Below are positions 48,720-56,630 of a DNA stretch of 64,000 bases, piece after piece. The notes below the pieces were generated by a model. The model was given only the letters and a program-made list of their open reading frames with translations. It did no database searches and was not told the DNA's origin. Positions within the stretch are counted from its first letter, which is position 1; every line of letters starts with the position of its first letter. The position numbers and the translations under genes are program-made. Origin of the DNA: Bacteroidales bacterium (GTDB lineage: Bacteria > Bacteroidota > Bacteroidia > Bacteroidales > ML635J-15); the NCBI GenBank assembly GCA_016937855.1, contig JAFGVU010000025.1, positions 464 through 64,463 of the forward strand, given 5' to 3'.

Positions 48720-50600
48720 TTATGCCTTTTTCACGATTTTCTGATTATAGACTTGTGTACTATTTACTATTCTTAGATTATATATTCCATCTGACAAATG
48801 CTGCAAATCTAGATTTAAAGAGTTTATTCCCTTATCCAATTCAATATTTTTTAAATACACCACACGTCCTAATTCATCAAAAATCTGAACTTCAACAACT
48901 TTAATGGACACATCAGCATCAAAACTTACGGCTAAGCTATTACTAAACGGATTTGGAAAAGCAGTAATAGCAAGTTTTGAGTTTTCTCGCTCAACTGCCA
49001 CGATATTAGAATAAGTGTACAAGCCATCAAAATCTACTTGCTTAAGTCGATAATATGTGATTCCGCTCAAAACATTTTCGTTAATATACTTATAATTTGT
49101 GGGTTGGCTAGTAGTTCCTTGACCATCAATCTTTGCAATCTCATAATAATTCTTCAGATTTTCAGATTTTTCAACAACAAAGTAATCATTGTTTACTTCC
49201 GAAGCAGTTTCCCAGATTAAAACATCGTTTTCATTTTCGGTATAAACCTCAAACAATGTTAACTCAACCGGCAATACGTCTTCATTGCTGTTTGGACCTG
49301 TACCGACAGCATAAGTTCCGCCTGAAAACCCGGAAATATCAGCTAACTCAACGTAATTAATTCCATTTGCGGTTGTTAAATCATCACCAATTACAGTTAA
49401 TGAATATGCATCAGTAATTAATTCCGCCGTTGTCATACTAGACAAATTAAGCACATCACCATCATTTGACTTAAACCAACGAGCTTCGCGGATGTAGTTA
49501 TGGTCATAAGAATTTGTATTTATCCCACTTGAATTAGTTCCATTTAGGAAATCATCTGTTATATCGTCCAATAGAGCCTTTTCTGCCACAGGATAATAAA
49601 AACGAATGCGAACCGGATTTGTAAGTCTGCCTGTAACATCATTATAATCTGCACCTATTGCATCGACACTCCAGCTGCGACGTAGAGTATGAGTAGAATA
49701 TTCCGAATTGCTTGCTGTACTCAAATAATCGTCATCGGAGGCTGCAACACTAATTTCTACTGTTGCATCAAAATCGTTACTGTTTTTATATATTGAAAAG
49801 ATAAAATCGTGAGGATTTGCTGCAGTAGAATAATGAGTCCAACCGTCAACTTCGCAAAATGCAGTTGCTTCGGCAGTAGTACCATCTGACACATAGGTAA
49901 AATTATTGTCTAAAACAGTAACAATCCGAGGACCGAGTATTCCGGCGCAAGTTGCATTAGCTAAATCCGAAAAATCTGTATATGTCATGCCCTGAGTCAG
50001 ATTAGAGATTAAAACAGGATCGTTTGTACTTAATGCATAAGCTTCATAGGTTCCTGCACTGCTATAATCAGCAAGACCAAAACTACCGTCGGAATTAAAA
50101 TCTGTAATTGTACCTGTTGCTTGATCAACAAGAATATAACGAAGTTCGTATCCTGCGCTAGTTGTATAATCCTGAACAGCAATTTCTATTGGATTGCCCA
50201 AACAAATGTCGTCGGGAGAACAAACACTTATTGCCCTGTCAAAATATGCTCCACTCATTTCAAAACAATTTCCATTATCCAAATTATAAGTATTCAGATT
50301 TGTCCACGATTGCCCAACTGCAAGTTCGCTAGGCTGAGTACCTTCATAATTGACGGCATAAATAAAATATGATCCAACATCCACAACACCAAAATTACCA
50401 TCAGCATTTATCGATAAGATATTGCCTTGCGTACCGGAATTATCTTCGACCAAAATATATTGCTGTGTATATCCCATGTCGCTGGTATATCCGGCAGATT
50501 CAACGGCCACCGTTCCAAAAAAATCGCACTGACTGTATAACCCATTAGCAAAAGCTATAAGTACCAAAATCAGAATAATATGTAAATTAATTTTTTTCAT
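48720..50600 (-). CDS. T9SS-secreted protein with an internally duplicated N-terminal domain and a type-A CTD
   Basis: Signal peptide. Repeats ...YILVEDNSGTQGNILSINADGNFG... / ...YILVDQATGTITDFNSDGSFG.... C-terminus FPNPFSNSL...YNQKIVKKA. Confidence 0.75.
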   Translation of the reverse strand: MKKINLHIILILVLIAFANGLYSQCDFFGTVAVESAGYTSDMGYTQQYILVEDNSGTQGNILSINADGNFGVVDVGSYFIYAVNYEGTQPSELAVGQSWTNLNTYNLDNGNCFEMSGAYFDRAISVCSPDDICLGNPIEIAVQDYTTSAGYELRYILVDQATGTITDFNSDGSFGLADYSSAGTYEAYALSTNDPVLISNLTQGMTYTDFSDLANATCAGILGPRIVTVLDNNFTYVSDGTTAEATAFCEVDGWTHYSTAANPHDFIFSIYKNSNDFDATVEISVAASDDDYLSTASNSEYSTHTLRRSWSVDAIGADYNDVTGRLTNPVRIRFYYPVAEKALLDDITDDFLNGTNSSGINTNSYDHNYIREARWFKSNDGDVLNLSSMTTAELITDAYSLTVIGDDLTTANGINYVELADISGFSGGTYAVGTGPNSNEDVLPVELTLFEVYTENENDVLIWETASEVNNDYFVVEKSENLKNYYEIAKIDGQGTTSQPTNYKYINENVLSGITYYRLKQVDFDGLYTYSNIVAVERENSKLAITAFPNPFSNSLAVSFDADVSIKVVEVQIFDELGRVVYLKNIELDKGINSLNLDLQHLSDGIYNLRIVNSTQVYNQKIVKKA

Positions 50601-50618
50601 AATTTCAGATTTTGAATA

Positions 50619-52265
50619 TTAATACTGCCATGTTCCGGGATTTGCAATGCAGACATCGGCACAGCTTAAAGAAATCTCGAACTGCCCCTCGGCAGCACCA
50701 TCTCCGTCAACATAAATATAATAGTCGGTACCATTTGCTGCTGTAAATGTGTAAGTTGAAGTGGTTCCTGTTCCGCTGTCATCATCTCCACCAACACAAA
50801 CCAGAGAGCCACAAGTACCTGAAAAAATGTTGATTTGCGTATCAAAGTTAGTACCTGCATTATCGGTTGAAATAGTCACCTCCTGGCCTGTTCCTGTAAA
50901 TTGATACCAAATTCCTTTTTCTGCTGTTCCTCCTCCACTACAAGCAGTTGGAGCATCAGTATCTGTTGCTAAAATATTGCTAGCAATGTCACTATCTCCG
51001 CATGTTAAGACCAATGCATCGGCACATTCATCATTATCAGGAGTAATTACAACACCCGACACAGGCTCAAAATAATAATCACATAAATCACCAGCCCAAC
51101 CGTCTATTCTGATGTAATAAGTGTCTCCAATTGTAAGTCCTGTAAAATTCCAGGTTCCGGTTATATTTTCTCCGGTTGGATTTACGCAACTTCCGGGCAA
51201 TTCAGTTAAACTACCACAAACCCCACTAAATACTACTAATTGTATTCCAGAGCTTATTGGCTCACAATCTCCAACAGTAAAACTCATTTCAACATCTTCG
51301 TCCCCTGCAATAAAACGCATCCATGAGTCATTTTCAATTGTACCGCAACCCGCTGGACTTCCAGCACTAGCAGTATATGCACAATTAGTACTTCCTGTAA
51401 AAGGCTGGGATAAATCAATTAGAGGAGCATCAGCACATTCGTCTGTTGGTAAAGAGAGAGATTCATTACAAATATCACATTCTTCAAAAGTCTCAGAGAA
51501 ACCTCTGCAAGGATCGGCAACATCCTCAACAACAACAACAGACTGTCCCGACAAACCGCTAATTGTATAAGTTCCCAAACCAACATTTGAGTGATATGTT
51601 GTTGCCCCAATGCTAATATCAACACCTGTACTCCCATCTAAATCAGAAACAATAACCTCGACATCATAAGTAGAAAAATCTCCAGAGCAAGTTCTGCTCA
51701 TTGATCCTGTAGGTCCATCAGGACTTTGGACAATGCTTATATCGTCAATAATAACATAAAAATCACCGGCTACCCACTCTGCTTCAATTCTCACATAAAC
51801 ATCATCACCGCAATCGGGAGTGAAAGTATTAAAAGTATATGTATTACAAACTGCAGAGGACAAACTATTTAAGGTATTCAAAGTGTTCCATGTAGAGCCA
51901 TCGGTTGACCAATAACCGGTAAATGTACAATCGCCGGCATTAATAGCGCCATAAGGGCTATTAAAATCGATAGCTTTTCCATCAAAACTAAATGTTACAG
52001 CTGTACCATTCGACTGACCAATAATGGAGCTGGTTAAATATTCGTATATATCACTACTATATAAATTATCACGCATTGATGCTGTATTACAAGCATGAGT
52101 TGTAGTAAATGATGCTTCATTTAATGTCCATGTAACATCACTTTGCGTACATGGTGAGCTAGTGCATCCGGTAAAACTTGTTGAATAATTAAACTGTGCC
52201 TTAATTACTTGTGATGACCAACTTATAAGCACAAAAACTAATATAATTTTAACTATTGCTTTCAT
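50619..52265 (-). CDS. Cysteine-rich secreted protein with two pre-peptidase-C-terminal-like (PPC) modules; no T9SS CTD seen
   Basis: Signal peptide. Two DECADA...-initiated modules ending GDTYYIRIDGWAG and GTDYYIYVDGDGA. Confidence 0.65.
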   Translation of the reverse strand: MKAIVKIILVFVLISWSSQVIKAQFNYSTSFTGCTSSPCTQSDVTWTLNEASFTTTHACNTASMRDNLYSSDIYEYLTSSIIGQSNGTAVTFSFDGKAIDFNSPYGAINAGDCTFTGYWSTDGSTWNTLNTLNSLSSAVCNTYTFNTFTPDCGDDVYVRIEAEWVAGDFYVIIDDISIVQSPDGPTGSMSRTCSGDFSTYDVEVIVSDLDGSTGVDISIGATTYHSNVGLGTYTISGLSGQSVVVVEDVADPCRGFSETFEECDICNESLSLPTDECADAPLIDLSQPFTGSTNCAYTASAGSPAGCGTIENDSWMRFIAGDEDVEMSFTVGDCEPISSGIQLVVFSGVCGSLTELPGSCVNPTGENITGTWNFTGLTIGDTYYIRIDGWAGDLCDYYFEPVSGVVITPDNDECADALVLTCGDSDIASNILATDTDAPTACSGGGTAEKGIWYQFTGTGQEVTISTDNAGTNFDTQINIFSGTCGSLVCVGGDDDSGTGTTSTYTFTAANGTDYYIYVDGDGAAEGQFEISLSCADVCIANPGTWQY

Positions 52266-52268
52266 AGT

Positions 52269-52643
52269 CTATTGTTTTAAGCGATTTATAATTTGGATAA
52301 CTTCAGACTCGCTAATACAGATTGCCTGCTCCCCAACAGACATTTTGCTAAAATCTTCGTCTGAAATAACATCCTTTATGCTGATGTTTTTCTGCTTATA
52401 AATCTCAGCAACAACCTTCTCAGTTAAAACATCGTCACCATTAGTTAATTCATTTACTTTTAGAATCATCGGACTGATAGTTCTCGGAGTTCGATAGCTC
52501 ACAACAGCAGATGGCTCCATTACTGTTGATTTTTGATTTTCGACATTTTGTTTGTCAGACAAGGTATTTTGCGACTGTGCAAAAACACAGTTTACCAATA
52601 ATAATTGCGCAGTAATAACTGCAATTGTGATAATAATTTTCAT
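52269..52643 (-). CDS. Small secreted hypothetical protein (124 aa)
   Basis: Signal peptide MKIIITIAVITAQLLLVNCVFAQ. Its stop is 3 nt upstream of the next gene's start codon. Confidence 0.55.
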   Translation of the reverse strand: MKIIITIAVITAQLLLVNCVFAQSQNTLSDKQNVENQKSTVMEPSAVVSYRTPRTISPMILKVNELTNGDDVLTEKVVAEIYKQKNISIKDVISDEDFSKMSVGEQAICISESEVIQIINRLKQ

Positions 52644-52919
52644 CTCTCAAAAGTTTTAAATTCCTGAGGCAAAAATACGGTATCGTATCCACAGGGTCGG
52701 TCTTAATTCGTGAATATGGAGTACGGATTTATGAATTTATTGTAATGAGAAGATTAAAAAATTATAAAATCTTGATTATAAAAAAACATAAAATGCTTTT
52801 TAAGGCATTTGTTTTCCTAAAAACCAAAACAATACTGAAAAGCTTAACATGTAATTGATAGTATAAATTTTCATTTGTATAGTTTTTTCGAGCAGTTTTA
52901 CCCATTTCCTTCTTTTGCT

Positions 52920-53261
52920 CTATTTTCCAGGTCTTTCAAGCTTTCCAGATAGTTTTTTTTCTGCATCTGCACGATTGTAAATTACTTCGACTGCCGTTTG
53001 GACATGTAACGCATAATGTATTTTATTCTGTACTTTCTTAAAAAACTCAACAGACACATCAGATTTTGGGTCGTAATCAATACTTGTTGCGTAAATATCA
53101 AGTACCTGACGATAAAAGACTTTCTCCGAAGCCCTGATATCGCGGATTCGTTGCAGCAATTCTTTCCAATAACCGCCACCGCCCAGGTTTTTTAGTCTTT
53201 CATCGTCCATTGCAAAAACTTTTCGGATATACTCATTTAGTCGTTTGGTTGCCCAAATCTG
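52920..53261 (-). pseudogene. Truncated RhuM-family (virulence/Fic-associated) gene remnant
   Basis: The reading frame QIWATKRLNEYIRKVFAMDDERLKNLGGGGYWKELLQRIRDIRASEKVFYRQVLDIYATSIDYD...VQNKIHYA matches the central conserved RhuM block. TAA-TGA stops lie immediately upstream (53262-53267). The roughly 90-aa N-terminus and the C-terminal half are missing. Confidence 0.7.
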
Positions 53262-53333
53262 TCATTATACCAGGCAAAAAAACTTCCCATTTTTTTTCAA
53301 TCAAAATGCCTCAAAAACAAAAACATTTCGGTA

Positions 53334-54467
53334 TTATAATTTCCAAAATCCTGATTTATCGCTACCAATTCTCTCGATGATTCGCATTTTTTTAAGTTCC
53401 TGAATGTGCCTCTTTATGGTTGTAGTAGAACATCCTATTTTATCTGCAAGCTCGCTATAATTTGCCTTTGGATTTTTCTTTAACCATTGCAAGATACTAA
53501 TTTTTACAGGGTCATTTACAGGGTCATTTACAGGGTCATTTACAGGGTCATTTACAGGGTCATTTACAGGGTCGTTTACAGGGTCGTTTACAAGGTCATT
53601 TACAAGGTCATTTACAAGGTCATTTACAGGTTCAACAAACCGAACATGCATTTCTCTATTTCTCAAAGCATGGTTTTCGATGTGCAACAAGTTTTCGAAG
53701 AATCGCATTAAAAACACATTAGTAGTGTGAATATTCTTCGTATAATTCTTGTAATTAGCTCTTACCAAAGCATTTCTGAAATACATTGAATGCTCTGCAA
53801 ATAAATTATTGTTTACTTCAAAGCCAAATGTACGCAAATATTTTATTAAAAAAACTGCAGTTGTTCGGGTATTGCCTTCTCCAAAAATGTGAATTTGCCA
53901 AAGAGAAGAAATGAAATTTGCTATGTGCTGTAAAACTTCTTGCTGACTTAATCCTTTATAGCTAAACTTTTTTTCTTGTTCAAAATCATATTCCAAAGTA
54001 GCTTTTAAGCTATCAGCACTTCCATATAGAACAGTTTCTCCATCCAATACCCACTCTTGTTTGGTAATGTTGTAATCGCGAATTTTACCCGCAAACTTGT
54101 ATATTCCCAAAAATAACCTACGATGAATAGCAATGTATTCTGCCGGCGAAAACGTAAATGATTGTTCGCTCAGAATTTCTGCAATTCGCATAGAAACTTT
54201 ATCTGCTTCTTCAGTTCTGTCCTCACTAATTTGAGTCGGTTGCTGTTTATAATATGTTTCAATGCGCTCTTTAACTTCAGCAATACTAATATCGCCCTCT
54301 ATATTTTGTCTAGCAGTTGCTATGAGATAGTTAGAAGGTTTTAGACCATCAACCTCTTGTAAGCCAATAGCTATTTTCCAAAGCTTTGCCTTTTCTGATT
54401 TTCCAGGTTCTCCCTGCCGCAAATATTCTTCAAAATTATCCATTAGCCATTTTATATCATTTTTCAA
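53334..54467 (-). CDS. Fic/Fido-domain protein with an N-terminal VbhA-like segment, an internal (VNDL)3(VNDP)7 repeat and a C-terminal winged-HTH
   Basis: Fic loop HIFGEGNTRTTAVF. N-terminal LQEVDGLKPS...GDISIAEVKERIETYY. C-terminal YSELADKIGCSTTTIKRHIQELKK. Confidence 0.85.
   Translation of the reverse strand: MKNDIKWLMDNFEEYLRQGEPGKSEKAKLWKIAIGLQEVDGLKPSNYLIATARQNIEGDISIAEVKERIETYYKQQPTQISEDRTEEADKVSMRIAEILSEQSFTFSPAEYIAIHRRLFLGIYKFAGKIRDYNITKQEWVLDGETVLYGSADSLKATLEYDFEQEKKFSYKGLSQQEVLQHIANFISSLWQIHIFGEGNTRTTAVFLIKYLRTFGFEVNNNLFAEHSMYFRNALVRANYKNYTKNIHTTNVFLMRFFENLLHIENHALRNREMHVRFVEPVNDLVNDLVNDLVNDPVNDPVNDPVNDPVNDPVNDPVNDPVKISILQWLKKNPKANYSELADKIGCSTTTIKRHIQELKKMRIIERIGSDKSGFWKL
53505..53630 (-). 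repeat. In-frame 12-nt tandem repeat, 10 full copies plus a partial one, inside the Fic gene
   Basis: Plus-strand units: tacagggtcatt x5, tacagggtcgtt x2, tacaaggtcatt x3, then tacagg. Confidence 0.95.
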
Positions 54468-54519
54468 AATTAACCAATATTTTTAAACATCAACTAAAAT
54501 CAATCTTAAAATATCGTGC

Positions 54520-54550
54520 AAAAAAAAAGGACAAACCCAAAGGCCTGCCC
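54520..54550 (-). terminator. Orientation-specific intrinsic terminator closing the channel-nuclease unit
   Basis: Minus-strand RNA: GGGCAGGCC-UUUG-GGUUUGUCC (a 9-bp stem including 3 G-U pairs) followed by U9. The plus-strand complement would carry A-C mismatches. Confidence 0.6.
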
Positions 54551-54680
54551 GTTTTATTAAAATATTGCGATTTAGCTTACGCTTTTCTTTGTAGCTGTTT
54601 ATCAACTTTGAGAGGATATTGGTCTTTACTACAAATTCGTTCACACTGATTTTGAAACTATTCAATTATGATTTAGTTCT

Positions 54681-54704
54681 AATTGTGGCGAATTCGCCAC
54701 AATT
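54681..54704. promoter_or_regulatory. Perfect 24-bp palindrome aattgtggcgAATTcgccacaatt
   Basis: Self-complementary over all 24 nt, centred on GAATTC. Lies in the 3' UTR of the 616-aa gene, upstream of the terminator. Confidence 0.6.
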
Positions 54705-54777
54705 AAAATCCGGATAATTCACTTGTGCCCAAATGCAAATGTAATCCAAGTTATATTTGCATGACTTTAATGACACC

Positions 54778-56628
54778 CTACTTCAATATTGCTTTAATTA
54801 TACGATCTTCCTTAATTAAAACATCTTTCATAAGAAGTTGATACGGGAATTGCTTGTGTTTTGACTCTTTAAATGCCTCCAAAATACTAACTAGAGATGA
54901 TGCAGTAATAAGAGATAAATTCAACTCAAAATCTAAATCACATTCATTTATAAAATCATCACTAAAACTTGGTGCAACTAACAAAGATTTCAAAACTGTA
55001 TAACCATTTTGATTAACTAAGTCTATATAAGATTTCATTTGTCTTGTAACTGCACTAAATTTATTATATCCTGCATCTTTAACAGTTTTACACTCTATGA
55101 TTATAACTCCATCATCGTCAAGATTTAACAGGATATCAATCTTGTTCTTTGCTGTACTTAATTGTTTCTTAAGTTTTTCATCAACATTAAATCCAAGTTT
55201 TAAAAATATTGATTTTGTTATATCCTCAAATTTAATCCCTAACTCGCTTTCCTTAATGAGAATACCGTTGTTCTTTAATTCATTCAAGTTTCGATATCCA
55301 ATATTTTCATAATTCTCAATAAACAGATTTTCTGCATCTTTGTATGCATCTAAAATATTAATTGCAAAATTCCCTCTCTTTTTTATTTCGTATTTATCAA
55401 CAAAAACATTCATTTCCTCTTTTGATAGTTGATCTAAGATATCCCGAGGTTTTATATTAAAGTCTAATAAATAATCACCTTTAAGCACAAACTCTTCTTG
55501 AAGTTCAAACTCATGCCGAACCTTTTGATTTAGCTCCTTAAAAGTATCATTTAAATCTTTTAAAAGTTTATCATAACCCTCATTGGAAATTCCAACTTTC
55601 TCGTCCTTCTCTATGTTATTAAAATAAAGAATCAAATTGTCGATTTTTTCATCAAGAGTTATACCTTTTAATGTACCAGTGTTATCAAGTCCTTTTTCCC
55701 AAATTTCATTAATAAACTTCTTCTTATCGGTTAAATTGGTCCCTTCCTTATGTAATTCATCTGTCAATAAGTTATAAAAAGAAATCCCTTCATTAATAAT
55801 AGCCTTAATCTTTTCTTCTAAAGGAAGTTTTATATCAACATTATGCTTTCTGCAAACATAGTTTATTTGTGGTTCTCTTAGTAGATTAAGAAATCTACGA
55901 TAAAACTTGTCTGCAATACGTTTGTTTCTCAACCCCCTTAAAACTCTTACCATTTCATCAGCAACATATATCTCTCGGTTTTTCTTCGAGTAGAAAATCA
56001 CTCCAATGGTCTTTAATTCATTTATTAAATCCTCTAACTTTAATTTTTTAGGAGGTATAACAAGATAGTTAATAGTTTTAATTTCTTCCTGAGACAACTG
56101 AAGCTCATTTGCTAATGTGAGCAAAATTGATAATTCTTCCGCAGTAATTTTCGGATCTCTATTATTTTCTAAATCATTGAAATAAGCAGTAAAAACACAT
56201 TTCTTATAAATAATATAATCTCTTTTTCTTAAACTGTCTATTTCTGTGTTATTATCTAACAATAGTGTTTCCAATTGTGCAGTTTTTTGAGATATTTTCT
56301 TTATCTCTTTCTCATACAATTTATAAAACCAATCATCCTTCATAATACAATTACCATCACGAATAATAATATCAACAAGAATATCAATTTGAGAGGTGGT
56401 TTCAACAAACTCTTCTTTAATAATTTCTGTGTACTCCTTCCTAACTAAATCAAAAACAAGACTTATTATTATATTGTCAACCTCTTTAAGATTATTAATA
56501 TTTTCTGAGAGAATCTTATTTATTTCTTTCTTGTTTTCTGGCTCATTGCTTATTATGTTATCAATAATCTTCAAGAACGAATTTTTCTCAAGTGAATTTA
56601 CTCTACTCAGGATTTTTTCAAGTTTCAT
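54778..56628 (-). CDS. 616-aa protein: helical N-terminal region plus a C-terminal Mrr-like PD-(D/E)xK restriction-endonuclease-fold domain
   Basis: C-terminal FEDITKSIFLKLGF...KIDILLNLDDDGVIIIECKT...SLLVAPSFSDDF (D498 at 55135-55137; E512-C-K514 at 55087-55095). The ATG lies 2 nt after the stop of the upstream channel gene. Confidence 0.7.
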   Translation of the reverse strand: MKLEKILSRVNSLEKNSFLKIIDNIISNEPENKKEINKILSENINNLKEVDNIIISLVFDLVRKEYTEIIKEEFVETTSQIDILVDIIIRDGNCIMKDDWFYKLYEKEIKKISQKTAQLETLLLDNNTEIDSLRKRDYIIYKKCVFTAYFNDLENNRDPKITAEELSILLTLANELQLSQEEIKTINYLVIPPKKLKLEDLINELKTIGVIFYSKKNREIYVADEMVRVLRGLRNKRIADKFYRRFLNLLREPQINYVCRKHNVDIKLPLEEKIKAIINEGISFYNLLTDELHKEGTNLTDKKKFINEIWEKGLDNTGTLKGITLDEKIDNLILYFNNIEKDEKVGISNEGYDKLLKDLNDTFKELNQKVRHEFELQEEFVLKGDYLLDFNIKPRDILDQLSKEEMNVFVDKYEIKKRGNFAINILDAYKDAENLFIENYENIGYRNLNELKNNGILIKESELGIKFEDITKSIFLKLGFNVDEKLKKQLSTAKNKIDILLNLDDDGVIIIECKTVKDAGYNKFSAVTRQMKSYIDLVNQNGYTVLKSLLVAPSFSDDFINECDLDFELNLSLITASSLVSILEAFKESKHKQFPYQLLMKDVLIKEDRIIKAILK

Positions 56629-56630
56629 TT

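Noticed and set aside
50601-50618. Possibility that the 548-aa (CTD-less) and 626-aa (CTD-bearing) genes are one gene split by a frameshift or stop.
   Set aside because: The downstream gene has its own ATG, a complete signal peptide (MKKINLHIILILVLIAFANGLYSQ) and an unrelated N-terminal domain. This is consistent with two genuine genes.
52982-53179. 65-aa alternative-frame ORF inside the RhuM remnant.
   Set aside because: The other frame carries the recognisable RhuM motifs, so this one is a shadow ORF.
53505-53630. Tandem repeat checked as a possible CRISPR array or minisatellite outside genes.
   Set aside because: The units are 12 nt and contiguous with no spacers. They lie in frame inside the Fic coding sequence, so this is a coding tandem repeat.
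54386-54665. ORFs 54386..54649 (+) and 54483..54665 (-) in the Fic / nuclease intergenic region, checked as a possible small antitoxin or regulator.
   Set aside because: They overlap the terminator and A/T runs and have no HTH or antitoxin-like motif. The plus-strand one is antisense to the Fic 5' end.
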